The notes under the pieces: generated by a model
What the model was told of the DNA's origin: nothing
What the model saw: the letters and a program-made list of their open reading frames with translations, nothing else
Database searches by the model: none
Shown here: piece after piece, positions 19,925-30,007 of the stretch
How positions within the stretch are numbered: the first letter of the stretch is position 1
Layout: every line of letters starts with the position of its first letter
Made by a program: the position numbers and the translations under genes
NCBI GenBank assembly: GCA_965248755.1
Contig: OZ252149.1
Span: forward strand, 3,360,001 to 3,424,000
Reading direction: 5' to 3'
Source of the DNA: Candidatus Latescibacterota bacterium
Lineage (GTDB): Bacteria > Latescibacterota > CBDEFO01
Length of the DNA stretch: 64,000 bases

Positions 19925-20304
19925 AACCGTGTACATCCACAAAGGAGTCGCCAAACACGAAGTCCTCGGCTATTCCTAGATCGCCTCCGAGTCCCAGGGG
20001 AAATTCCTACCCTGGGGTTATTGTCTGCCGGGTGTAAAAGAGATTTACCATTGTGTTCCCGGTTCTAAATGCTCTAAAAGATGGAGTTTGTTGTCATCAA
20101 ACAGCGTGTGCAAAAATCCAGGATCTTTATCGAAGTGATCTTCTACGGAACGCTTACTTTTTCCTGTGACAAATGGTAAATTCTTTTGAGTCCCTGTCGG
20201 GTCATCTCCTCGACCGTCTGCTGGCCTATGGGCTTTATCCCGACGGGGAGCATCACCTTGGGCTGAGATTTTGTACCAGGCTGTAGTTTAGTGCCCAGTG
20301 CAGC
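19925..20304 (-). pseudogene. galU: UTP-glucose-1-phosphate uridylyltransferase N-terminal remnant
   Basis: Manual translation across frameshifts: AALGTKLQPGTKSQPKVMLPVGIKPI…TVEEM / FVTGKSKRSVEDHFDKD / LFYTRQ…PLGLG…AEDFV. Confidence 0.8.
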
Positions 20305-20463
20305 TTATGTTTTCCCTTGACAGCTTGGGTTTTATGTATTAAAGTTCGCTCTATCAATCGGACAATCTCGTACAAAATATAACCTTGGGGCTTGGAAATG
20401 TCAAGCTAAAATGGTCTGATGTAATATATCTGATATGTACTCTTGAATTTAGGGGGAGTCTTT

Positions 20464-20674
20464 ATCTGTCAGATAATCTTATATCCGGGCAAGGATGGTT
20501 TTTGGATATTAGAATGTTTCAGCCTTCCAGGATGTATAAGTCAGGGAACGACAAGGGAGGAGGCACTTAAGGAATATCAAGGAGGCTATAGAGTGTTACA
20601 TTGAGAGTTTGGAGGAGGATGGTCTGCCGGTGCCCCCTGATAGATTTGAGGCTATGGTGGTGACGATTGAATAG
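20464..20674 (+). pseudogene. hicB: HicB-family antitoxin pseudogene
   Basis: (I)CQIILYPGKDGFWILECFSLPGCISQGTTREEAL, +1 frameshift, RNIKEAIECYIESLEEDGLPVP; the start codon reads ATC after a GGGGAG RBS. Confidence 0.8.
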
Positions 20675-20888
20675 ATATCCAACACTGTCAGGAAAAAATT
20701 TGATCAAGGCTCTACAAGAGACTGGATCTTACGTAAAACGACAGAAGGGGAGTCATATAACATTGCGAAGGGATGATCCATTCTGCCAGGTTGTCGTTCC
20801 TGATCATAGGACCTTAGACAGAGGCACGCTGAGAGGAATCATCAGACAGACAGGAATGTCCGTTGATTAGTTCATCAATCTCGTATAG
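20667..20888 (+). pseudogene. hicA: HicA-family toxin with a premature stop
   Basis: RQKGSHITL…VVVPDH…LDRGTLRGIIRQTG; TAG at 20868-20870 precedes in-frame FINLV*. Confidence 0.75.
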
Positions 20889-21279
20889 AGACCATCGTAG
20901 AGCGCGAAGGAGATAGGAATCTCTTGCCATCTGTGTCCGCGGATTCTGCGATCACTTGAAAAATGCCGCAAACTCCTAAAATATTTGCGAATACGCTCAA
21001 AAAAAGATTGACCTTGGGACAAGAATGTAATAAATTGATATAACATGACATCTTAGATGCTCTAAACGTCTTATTCTTCGATCAGCCACACTCGTTGCAG
21101 GAACTTTGGTTCTCTTAATGAAGTATGGGAACACCGAATCTCTCTGAAAGTCCGCTTGATTAGGATCTAATCAGAAAAAATTTGAACTTAGTGTTCTAAA
21201 TCACAAAAAATGTTATCCGGATGTCTTATAATATTATTCGATTAATCTCCTTATCAACAGAAAAAGGAGGCATCTTTCG

Positions 21280-22164
21280 ATGAAGTTAGTGACGTTTGAG
21301 CATAACAAGAAAGAGAATTTCGGAGCTTTAGTAGGGCAGGAGAATATTGTTGATTTAGGAAGTGTGGCCGGATCTGTAATAGAACTTTTAGGGATGGGAG
21401 ATGAGGGAGTAGAGAGAGCGCGCAGGGCGGTTGAGGAAAATGAGCCGGCATTGAAGTTGAAGGATGTGACCTTGAAAGCCCCTGTGCCAAGGCCTTCTAA
21501 GCTTTTGTGTTTGGCTGGGAATTACGCAGAACATATAAGAGAGGGAGGTGGAGAAGTGAGCGAGAAGGAAAAGACGACGCCGCGCGTGTTTATGAAACCT
21601 CCTTCCACCACGGTGATAGGCTCAGGGCAGCCCATAATCCTGCCTAAGAATGCCAACAAGATAGATTGGGAGTGCGAAATTGGAGCTGTGATAGGAAAGA
21701 ACGCGCGTTTTGTGAGCGCAGATGAGGCCCTGGATTATGTAGCTGGTTATACTATCGTAAACGATGTGTCGGAGAGAGAATTGAAGATCGAAAAGGACAG
21801 AGAGCCGAGGGACGGAGACGGTTGGTTCGACTGGCTAAACGGCAAGTGGTTCGATACGTTTGCCCCTATGGGTCCCTGTCTTGTGTTGAAGGATGAGATG
21901 CAAGACCCTCAAAGCTTAAGGATTACTTTAAGGGTGAACGGAGAGACAAAGCAGGATTCCAATACCAGTCAGATGATATTTACTGTGGCTGAGCTGGTGG
22001 AATGGGCGTCCACGTTAGTGACGTTGGAGCCGGGCGACGTTATATCGACGGGGACACCTTCGGGTGTAGGATCAACTACCGGGACGTTTCTTTGTGCGGG
22101 AGATGTTGTAGAGGCTGAGATCGAGGGGATAGGAATACTGAGGAATCCTGTGGAGAAAGGGTAG
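21280..22164 (+). CDS. Fumarylacetoacetate hydrolase family protein
   Basis: CLAGNYAEH, IDWECEIG, NDVSER, GKWFDTFAPMGP, TLEPGDVISTGTPSG. Confidence 0.95.
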   Translation: MKLVTFEHNKKENFGALVGQENIVDLGSVAGSVIELLGMGDEGVERARRAVEENEPALKLKDVTLKAPVPRPSKLLCLAGNYAEHIREGGGEVSEKEKTTPRVFMKPPSTTVIGSGQPIILPKNANKIDWECEIGAVIGKNARFVSADEALDYVAGYTIVNDVSERELKIEKDREPRDGDGWFDWLNGKWFDTFAPMGPCLVLKDEMQDPQSLRITLRVNGETKQDSNTSQMIFTVAELVEWASTLVTLEPGDVISTGTPSGVGSTTGTFLCAGDVVEAEIEGIGILRNPVEKG

Positions 22165-22207
22165 GCTTTCAACGGCTGTTGGATCCCCTATTAGCTTGGA
22201 CGAACCT

Positions 22208-23161
22208 ATGAATATAAAATTCTGGGGCGTGAGAGGTTCCATCCCAACTCCCATTGGCCCTAAGGAGATTCAAAAAAAGATAGAAGGCGTCCTCTTTGAG
22301 GCAAAGGACGTAAAGTTTTCCAACCGGGAAGACGTAACTAAGTATGTGGATGGACTGCATTATCTGCAGCGAGGCACAGTTGGGGGCAACAGCTCTTGCG
22401 TGGAAGTCCAGACGCAGACTGGAGATGTTCTTATTCTGGACGCGGGATCGGGGATCGTAAAGCTGGGAGCAGAATTGATGAAAGGGGATTTCGGAAGGGG
22501 TAGCGGGGTAGCTCACATATTTTTGTCTCATACTCATTGGGACCATATTATAGGCTTTCCGATGTTTACTCCTGCATATATTAAGGGAAACAGGATAATC
22601 TTTTACGGCGTGCACGAAGATTTAGAGAAAAGGCTAAGACACCAGCAAAATGCCCCCGACCATTTTCCGGCGTCGCTGGATTTGATGGAAGCTGATATAG
22701 AATTTGTTCAGCTTAAAGGGAAGAAAAAGCTGAAGATAGGTAGCGTGACTGTGGATAGCAAGGAGCTTTACCATCCGGGCGCAGCTTACAGTTATAGGAT
22801 CACAGAAAATGAGAAGACCTTGGTCTATGCGACAGACGGTGAGTATAAGGTGGAGTGGGAAAATGTGCAGCAGTATCATAGCTATTATCAAAACGCCGAT
22901 GTGTTGATCTTCGACGCTATGTATACTGCTGGAGAGGCGATCGACCGCGAGGACTGGGGTCACAGCACCTCATTCATAGGAGCAGACATAGCGTCTATTA
23001 CGGGGATCAAAAAGCTCGTACTGTTTCATCACTATCCCGCACGAGATGATGAGGCTATACATAGGATTTTAAAAGAGACAGAGGCGTACTGGAACGATCT
23101 CTATTCGGATTTTGATTGTGAGATACTCATGGCACACGAGGGATTAGAAATAGAAATATAA
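22208..23161 (+). CDS. MBL-fold metallohydrolase (phosphodiesterase/RNase Z-like)
   Basis: FWGVRGSIP, GGNSSC, DAGSG, SHTHWDH, WGHS, LFHH motifs. Confidence 0.9.
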   Translation: MNIKFWGVRGSIPTPIGPKEIQKKIEGVLFEAKDVKFSNREDVTKYVDGLHYLQRGTVGGNSSCVEVQTQTGDVLILDAGSGIVKLGAELMKGDFGRGSGVAHIFLSHTHWDHIIGFPMFTPAYIKGNRIIFYGVHEDLEKRLRHQQNAPDHFPASLDLMEADIEFVQLKGKKKLKIGSVTVDSKELYHPGAAYSYRITENEKTLVYATDGEYKVEWENVQQYHSYYQNADVLIFDAMYTAGEAIDREDWGHSTSFIGADIASITGIKKLVLFHHYPARDDEAIHRILKETEAYWNDLYSDFDCEILMAHEGLEIEI

Positions 23162-23252
23162 CGTTTTTCCTCCCAAAACATTCTTCGATACTTTTGGGGG
23201 ATCCCGAGTATATTATTACGAAAGTTCCTTTATCGAAGATCATCTTAGTACC

Positions 23253-23287
23253 GGCGGAAACCATCAAGGTTTCCGCCTCTTTTTTTG
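23253..23287 (+). terminator. Intrinsic terminator
   Basis: GGCGGAAACC…GGTTTCCGCC stem followed by a T-tract. Confidence 0.75.
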
Positions 23288-23496
23288 TTTCGCCGGCTAC
23301 CAGGATAAAGAAAACAGATGATTACGATCCTGATAATCACAAAAACTCCTTGACATCCGCGAAAATATAGTTTATATATTATACATAAAGAGTGATTGTG
23401 CTGTTTTTGTGCGTTGTCAGTGCAAGAATATCCAAGAAGACAAGTCTCATGTAACTTGTTGATGGCATTGTTCTTGTAAGGAGGTGCTGAATCAAA

Positions 23497-24600
23497 ATGA
23501 GAAGACGAACAGTCAAATCCTCCATAGTTCTGGCTGCGATATCTCTCTTTGTCCTGGGTATCGCTCCGGGAATCAGTGCTCAAATCTCAGACCCAATAGA
23601 GGTGCTATTCTATACTACCGATGTAAACTGTCATGTCACAGCTATTGCAGTCGCCCCTGGGGGGAATCCAATCTATGTGGGTACTCTTGATAAGGGGGTC
23701 TTGCGCATAGATCCAGATACTGGACAATCCGAAGATGTTAACGACGGGTTGGAGAACTTGGGGATCCACAGCCTGGTCATTGATCCTTCCGATCCATCAA
23801 GGATCTATGCCTCTTTAGGCACTGGGGTCTTTCGTAGTGAAGATAAAGGGAGACACTGGGTGAAGATTAGCCAGAGCTTAGGGAGATCTGTTCCTATCAA
23901 TGGACTCTGGATAAGTCCCCTCAATCCAGATATCTTACTGGCGCAGGCGTCCTTGGGAGGTGTTTTCCGCACTGATGATGGAGGCAACAACTGGCGTAGT
24001 CTGTACATTCCAGCAATTGACCACGGAAGTAACTATGGGACCAAAATGGTTGTGAAGAAAGACGGTAGTACTATCTATGCTCTCAAGGCGGGTGTCCCTG
24101 TCCGCCGGAGTAGGGATAGTGGTGAAACTTGGGCAGATATGATTTTTCCTCCGAATGCTTGCGGTGACCTAGCGCTGTCTGCAAATGAAAAAGTTATCTA
24201 TATGGGATCCTGTCAGAATGTCTCCGATGAACAAAGAGTGGTCGCGTATCGCAGTCTAGATGAAGGGGATACCTGGGAGGGACTCGAATACAATCCTATT
24301 GCTACTGCAGAAGCCCGATTCCCTGGGAAGGCATACCATTTGTTCCCCGATCCAAATGTTTCCGATGTTCTCTACGTGATTACCACAGAGGGGCTATTTT
24401 ATACTACCGATGGGGGGAATATATGGGGGCACTTCACTGCGCCCTTGCCGGGTTTTGGCTCTGTATTGGCGGTAGATCACAATAGATCACGTCTGTACGT
24501 GTCGACGCCTGACGGTCTGTTCTTCGTGCCGCTACCACAGTATCCCACATCTGTGGAGGCTAGATCTTGGGGAGGGATTAAATCAGTTCTTACTGAGTAG
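23497..24600 (+). CDS. Secreted BNR/Asp-box beta-propeller protein with C-terminal SWG-x-IK tail
   Basis: Signal peptide; repeated [ST]xDxGxxW; ends PTSVEARSWGGIKSV. Confidence 0.8.
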   Translation: MRRRTVKSSIVLAAISLFVLGIAPGISAQISDPIEVLFYTTDVNCHVTAIAVAPGGNPIYVGTLDKGVLRIDPDTGQSEDVNDGLENLGIHSLVIDPSDPSRIYASLGTGVFRSEDKGRHWVKISQSLGRSVPINGLWISPLNPDILLAQASLGGVFRTDDGGNNWRSLYIPAIDHGSNYGTKMVVKKDGSTIYALKAGVPVRRSRDSGETWADMIFPPNACGDLALSANEKVIYMGSCQNVSDEQRVVAYRSLDEGDTWEGLEYNPIATAEARFPGKAYHLFPDPNVSDVLYVITTEGLFYTTDGGNIWGHFTAPLPGFGSVLAVDHNRSRLYVSTPDGLFFVPLPQYPTSVEARSWGGIKSVLTE

Positions 24601-24607
24601 GTCAACG

Positions 24608-27600
24608 ATGACTACTAAGAGGACTCTTAAGTCGATGAAGCTGTTCGATGCAGTAGGTATCATGAGCATTTATGTGTTGACAGGGGTTTCCACTGTGGAA
24701 GCAACGCTTTGGGAAACTACCTCGGAAGACCATCTTATTTCGCATTCTGATTTTGTAGTACGAGGGGTAGCCACTGGGCAAGAAACGAGACGGGACAGTG
24801 CAAGAGTTTATGCTTATACCTCCTTCCTGGCGCTTGAGCAAGTGATAGGAAATATTCCTCAGCAAGAAATAATGATTAGGACACAAGGAGGCCAAATTGG
24901 CAATATAACATATAGTACTGTAGACGCAGCTAAACTTGACGTAGGTGCAGAATATTTTCTTTTTCTAAAGAAAATCGCGGATAACTCTATAGTGGTTGTC
25001 GGAGGACAATATGGCATGTTCCACGTGGTTAATGACAGCATTTTGAAGATAAGGAGGATACATGGGAAGGACATCAATTTGTCTCGCCAGGAGTTTATTG
25101 ACAAAGTAAGGGCAAGTGTCCGTGGTGAAAAAGTAGAATGGGAGACTCCATTTGCAGCGAAAGTTGCCAAAACGCTCGATGATAAATTTGTTGTTGAATC
25201 AGAGCCCCCACTAGACGAACCAGCTAGAGCGTGGGATAGATCTGATGCTACGTCGATCCCTTACTATATTAATCCGGATGGTGCACTTGATTCCAATGGT
25301 GACCCAATCCCGGTAAATGCTCTTGTAACTGCAGTAAAGAACGCCTTCTCTACTTGGAATAACGTCAACGACTCTTATGTCAATTTTGTCTACCAGGATA
25401 CAACCTCACGCGGGAGGGATAGAAAAAATGGATTCAATGACGTAAGCTGGGGTCCAATAACGGAATTCCCTGACATAGTGGCAACTACTGATAGAAGAGA
25501 GTCCTTTCAGAGGATATTAGAATTTGATATAATATGCAATGACACTAAACCCTGGAGTGCTTCGGGGCAGTCCAGTGCCTTCGATATCGAAAACACAGTC
25601 ACTCACGAAATTGGGCATACCCTTAAACTATACCACGCGAATAGTGATACTAATAATACTATGCATGAAGACACTTATCTCGGTGAGATTAAAAAGAGAA
25701 CCCTGGAGCAGGGAGATGCTGCTGGTGCCTCCTGGCTTTACAAGAAAGCGTTTGGTACTATAGATAGCAACACGGATCGGAGGAAATTCGAGTGGATGTC
25801 TCCGAATAAGTTCGTAGAGATGACAGGAAATGTTACCGTATTATCGGGAGACAGCCTAATAATAGATCCAGGCATGACAGTCGAGGTCTCTACAACTAAC
25901 TCAAAGCTTATTGTTAATGGTAAGCTGAAAGCGAACGGTAGTGCCTCTAGTAATATTATCTTCAGGGACGAGACTAGTAGTAACACGAAGGGAACGTGGT
26001 ACGGCATCGTCTTCAATTCGACAGCAGATCCTAACAGCTACGTCAAATACTGCGACATCAAAAACGCGAAATACGGTGTCTATGTCGATAATGCTGCTCC
26101 GGATATCAATGATAACATCATCTCTTACTCAACTGTAGGGATCAAGACCGTGGGAATGGACAGCGGAGGTAAAATCAGGAACAACACCTTGGAACTTAAC
26201 ACCACCGGGCTCTCCCTTAACTCCAGTTCAGTGCCTAATGTTCATGACAACACAAGTAAGGACAACGATAACATAGGTGTGTATATGGACAGCAGTTCTC
26301 CTTCTTCGTTCTACAACAATACAATGGATGGCAACGACGGTGAAGGGGTCTACCTCTTCAGTAATGCCAGTCCCACATTCGGGAACAACGTGATTACTGA
26401 CAGCGGTTTATGGGGGCTCCGCTTGTGGAACAATTCTGATCCGATACTCGAGGGCACGGGTACAACTGGAAGAAAAAACGATATCTTCGACAACGGGGGC
26501 AGCGCGAAGGCAGAGGTCTACTGTCAGAAGAACTCAGAACCTAAGCTTGGCCTTAGCTCTAATCCCGGTGACAATAATATCTACGATGATGCGGGGGGAA
26601 AAGTTATCTTCATCGACACAGGATACTCTTGGGCTTCTATTAATGCAGAATTCAATTGGTGGGGGACTACATCTCCAGATCCCGCTGTACTCTTTTCTCC
26701 TAGTACTGCTGTTGACTACGTGCCCTACGAAACAGCGTTAATCCCAAAACCTGTCGCGTTGGCCAGAGAAGTGTCCTTGCAAGAGGAGCGTCTGATACAA
26801 GCACTGCTGGCAGAGGAGAATCGGCAGTACGACGTTGCCGTAGGACATTACGATCAGCTTTTGCTGGAATCCTTTGAGGTGGAAATGGTAGAGCGTGCCG
26901 CCGATGGCCTTTTTCGGGCTGCACTGCATAGAGGAACAGATTTAAGCTCCGTAATCAGTCGGTTTGAAGCCCTGGCTTCGAGTCATCCGTCAGCCTCCGT
27001 GCGGCGCAAAGTGGTTGCTCTGTGGCGTCAGGCCCTGGTAGCTGATGGGCAGTACAATGCCGCTATAGCTGCGTATGAGCAGGAGATGACAGAAGCAGAG
27101 GATTTTGACGACCGGCTCTCTGCACAGAAGTCCTTGGGCGAAGTGTACATGTACTACATGAAAGACGAGACACGGGCTCGACAATTGTTAGAACCGATAT
27201 TGCGAGATTATCCGAATCACCCTGTGGCTTATGGCGCTTGGATGGTTCTTCTGGACGTAGAGGATTTGCCTCCACCGCCTGCGGGAAGAGAAGCCTCTCA
27301 ACCAATCGCCTCAGCTTCAACAGCATCAGGAGCATCTTCAGACATAGGTCTGGAAACATCACCTAATCCGTTCAACCCGAGCACTATCATAAGGTTCCAG
27401 TTACCGGAGACAGCCCGGGTACAGTTGTCCATCTACAATTTGTTAGGTCAACGTGTGCAGGAGTTGATGCCGGAGGAATTACAGCCTGCTGGAGAGTATG
27501 CGGTCGTCTGGAATGGGCAAGACGAGAGTGGTCAGCCAGTGGCAAGCGGGATGTATATAGTCCAATTGAAAATCAATGAAAGGACTTATACATTGGAAAC

Positions 27601-27643
27601 CAATGAACGGACATATACACGGAAAGTGATGCTGATGCGTTAG
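24608..27643 (+). CDS. Secreted metzincin (matrixin-like) protease with beta-helix, TPR-like region and FlgD/T9SS-type C-terminal domain
   Basis: HEIGHTLKLYH followed by a Met-turn (NTM); parallel beta-helix repeats; NAEFNWWG; PNPFNPST…WNGQD…SGMY. Confidence 0.82.
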   Translation: MTTKRTLKSMKLFDAVGIMSIYVLTGVSTVEATLWETTSEDHLISHSDFVVRGVATGQETRRDSARVYAYTSFLALEQVIGNIPQQEIMIRTQGGQIGNITYSTVDAAKLDVGAEYFLFLKKIADNSIVVVGGQYGMFHVVNDSILKIRRIHGKDINLSRQEFIDKVRASVRGEKVEWETPFAAKVAKTLDDKFVVESEPPLDEPARAWDRSDATSIPYYINPDGALDSNGDPIPVNALVTAVKNAFSTWNNVNDSYVNFVYQDTTSRGRDRKNGFNDVSWGPITEFPDIVATTDRRESFQRILEFDIICNDTKPWSASGQSSAFDIENTVTHEIGHTLKLYHANSDTNNTMHEDTYLGEIKKRTLEQGDAAGASWLYKKAFGTIDSNTDRRKFEWMSPNKFVEMTGNVTVLSGDSLIIDPGMTVEVSTTNSKLIVNGKLKANGSASSNIIFRDETSSNTKGTWYGIVFNSTADPNSYVKYCDIKNAKYGVYVDNAAPDINDNIISYSTVGIKTVGMDSGGKIRNNTLELNTTGLSLNSSSVPNVHDNTSKDNDNIGVYMDSSSPSSFYNNTMDGNDGEGVYLFSNASPTFGNNVITDSGLWGLRLWNNSDPILEGTGTTGRKNDIFDNGGSAKAEVYCQKNSEPKLGLSSNPGDNNIYDDAGGKVIFIDTGYSWASINAEFNWWGTTSPDPAVLFSPSTAVDYVPYETALIPKPVALAREVSLQEERLIQALLAEENRQYDVAVGHYDQLLLESFEVEMVERAADGLFRAALHRGTDLSSVISRFEALASSHPSASVRRKVVALWRQALVADGQYNAAIAAYEQEMTEAEDFDDRLSAQKSLGEVYMYYMKDETRARQLLEPILRDYPNHPVAYGAWMVLLDVEDLPPPPAGREASQPIASASTASGASSDIGLETSPNPFNPSTIIRFQLPETARVQLSIYNLLGQRVQELMPEELQPAGEYAVVWNGQDESGQPVASGMYIVQLKINERTYTLETNERTYTRKVMLMR

Positions 27644-27669
27644 TTCAGCAGTATCGTCTAACAAAGACC

Positions 27670-27702
27670 AAGGCCTCAGTTCATCGTAGAACTGGGGCCT
27701 TG
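27670..27702. terminator. Hairpin between convergent genes
   Basis: CAAGGCCTCAGTTC…GAACTGGGGCCTTG. Confidence 0.55.
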
Positions 27703-27760
27703 TCATGTTCCTACATCTGCTATCCGGACCGATGGAAAAAGAAGTTTCACAAAGATCATT

Positions 27761-28918
27761 TTACCGGTGTTTCCTGCCTTTCCAGCTGTATCCTCCCAGG
27801 CTTCCGAAGATCCCGACAGACACTATATACGGTATTTCCAGGACAAACCACAGTGGAAAATACTTCAGAAGGTCAAGGCGTCCATGTACGCTTCCACCTT
27901 TGAAGATGACAGCAAAGTCCGCAAGGGCTTTGACAGCTAAGCATACAAGTGGATGTGAAAGTGCCACTGCGCCTGAGAGGAGCGGCGTGTTCACAGCGGA
28001 GGGAACACTAAGGAGTAGGCCCAGATTCAAGAGGAACACTACGACCAGGTGAAGGAAGAACAGTTTATTCAGTGTATATTGGTATGGCGCGTTCGAGGCC
28101 CATCTTTTTCTCTGGCTTACGAATCCTTTGAAGGTCTTTTCCGCTGAAGTCCTATTATAGACCCCTTTGGAAGATGCAAACACGATTTTGGAATCTGTCT
28201 TTTTGTTGATAAGTTGAAGCAACAGGACATCGTCCCCCGAGACCCTATTCCCTATGCTCTCAAATCCTCCCACTTCCTCGAAGGTTTTTCTCCTGTAGCC
28301 CAGGTTCTGCGCGGATGCTGCAAGGGGAAAGCCCACGTTTGCGGCTCCAGCGGCAGCGGACATCAATGCGAGGAAGTCGAGCGCCTGAATCTTCTCAAAA
28401 AGGGTCTCTCTGTTGTTTTTCTCCTTATCCCCAAACTGAGAAAATCCGATGACCATTCCGACATCGTCGTCGAAGTAGCTCACCATACTTTCTATCCAGG
28501 TCTTCTCCACTCTGCAGTCCGCGTCGGTGGTAAGGATGATCTCCTCTCGGCTCTTTTTAATTCCGGTATTTATAGCGTTCTTCTTGGGAGAAAGCCCGCT
28601 TTCAGTTTCGTCAGCGTTTATCAGCCTGACGTTTTTGTATCTTCGGCAGAAATCCGCCACAATTTGGTAGGTTCTGTCCTTTGAGCCATCGTCCACTACG
28701 ACAATTGTGTAGCTTCCCTGGGGATAGGTCTGATTTACAAGGTCGCTTAAACACTCTCCTATGGAGTCCTCTTCATCTCGGGCTGGAACGATTACACAGA
28801 CGCTGTACCTTTTTCGGCTGTTGCCTTTATAGGAGAAAAAGAGTCCTATGAAGAAGACTGTTGCAGTGACAAGATATAAGAGTGTGAGAATAGCAAGCGG
28901 AATTGAAAGGGAGGACAT
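27761..28918 (-). CDS. Membrane GT2 glycosyltransferase
   Basis: VPARDEE, VDDGSKD, TDADC, SGDD and QRKRW motifs with flanking TM helices. Confidence 0.92.
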   Translation of the reverse strand: MSSLSIPLAILTLLYLVTATVFFIGLFFSYKGNSRKRYSVCVIVPARDEEDSIGECLSDLVNQTYPQGSYTIVVVDDGSKDRTYQIVADFCRRYKNVRLINADETESGLSPKKNAINTGIKKSREEIILTTDADCRVEKTWIESMVSYFDDDVGMVIGFSQFGDKEKNNRETLFEKIQALDFLALMSAAAGAANVGFPLAASAQNLGYRRKTFEEVGGFESIGNRVSGDDVLLLQLINKKTDSKIVFASSKGVYNRTSAEKTFKGFVSQRKRWASNAPYQYTLNKLFFLHLVVVFLLNLGLLLSVPSAVNTPLLSGAVALSHPLVCLAVKALADFAVIFKGGSVHGRLDLLKYFPLWFVLEIPYIVSVGIFGSLGGYSWKGRKHR

Positions 28919-28933
28919 ATCTGCAAGCGGAAT

Positions 28934-30007
28934 CTATACGTATGTTTTGGGGGATGTGACAGATTCGATGCTGTGGAAAATACCTTTAAGTCCCTCGGTG
29001 CAGTTGCTGCACATAGGTATCGCTGCTCTGTCTTTGAGGATCTGATCTCTAAAGGCTCTATAGTTTTCCGCTCTCCAGATGTCTTTAAAACTTGTGTCGC
29101 CAAGGACACTGCCCATAGGGTAATCCACATCTTTGTCGAAGCAGCAGGCGGAGACATCGCCGTTCCAATTGATGACACAGCTATACCATATATGATTGCA
29201 GAAGTTTATAATTGTGGACTTTGTCCTTAGGGTTCCGTCGTCCGTGACGTAACGTCTGTACTGTTCATCCTCGGGGAGGAATTCTTCTGCCTCATCTTGA
29301 GTATAGACCTGGGCGGTCTTTATAGCCAATTTATCGACCTGGAGGTCCTCTGCAATTTCTTTTATGCTCTCGATCTCATTTTCGTTGTGTCTCATAACGA
29401 TGAACTGGAGATTTATTATAGGCGTTCTGCTTTTAAGTCTCCTCTTGGCCTGACACAGGTTTTTGACTCCCTGGATGACCCTGTTGAAGTCCCCTCCTTT
29501 GCGGTAGATCGCATAGCTTTCTGGAGTGGCGCCATCCAGGGATACAATTATTTCATCCAACCCGGACTTGACGACATCTTCAGCATCTTGGTCTTCTCTT
29601 AAGAAATGACCATTTGTGCTGGTTATAGTGGGAATGGCTTTCGACTTGGCATATCTGATCATCTCTGTAAATTCTCTGTTTATGAACGGCTCTCCCTGGT
29701 TCCAGAGCATCAGCAGGATCAGGTACTCTCCCATTTCGTCTACGATCCCTTTAAATTCGTCCAATCCCATAGTACCCCTTGCACGGGTCAGACCACCATT
29801 CCCGGAAGGACATAGGGGGCATTTCAAATTGCAGATATTGGTGGGTTCGATCATTAGCATCAATGGATATCCCCACACTATATTCATCCCTGTTAATCTG
29901 GATATAGCCATCGAAGAGACGACCTTGAGGAAGTTGAACATCCTCTTGAAGGAAAAGGCGTATCTGTAATCTATTGCGACCTGTAATTTTGAGAGATTAG
30001 ATAGCAT
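28934..30007 (-). CDS. Radical SAM/SPASM(twitch) domain protein
   Basis: CNLKCPLC, QGEP, C…GDVSACCFD…CSNC. Confidence 0.92.
   Translation of the reverse strand: MLSNLSKLQVAIDYRYAFSFKRMFNFLKVVSSMAISRLTGMNIVWGYPLMLMIEPTNICNLKCPLCPSGNGGLTRARGTMGLDEFKGIVDEMGEYLILLMLWNQGEPFINREFTEMIRYAKSKAIPTITSTNGHFLREDQDAEDVVKSGLDEIIVSLDGATPESYAIYRKGGDFNRVIQGVKNLCQAKRRLKSRTPIINLQFIVMRHNENEIESIKEIAEDLQVDKLAIKTAQVYTQDEAEEFLPEDEQYRRYVTDDGTLRTKSTIINFCNHIWYSCVINWNGDVSACCFDKDVDYPMGSVLGDTSFKDIWRAENYRAFRDQILKDRAAIPMCSNCTEGLKGIFHSIESVTSPKTYV

Noticed and set aside
20190..20275. FMN-riboswitch-like wording on the minus strand (GGTGATGCTCCCCGTCGGGATAAAGCCC)
   Set aside because: Fully explained as galU pseudogene codons (PKVMLPVGIKP); the 3' half of the aptamer is absent.
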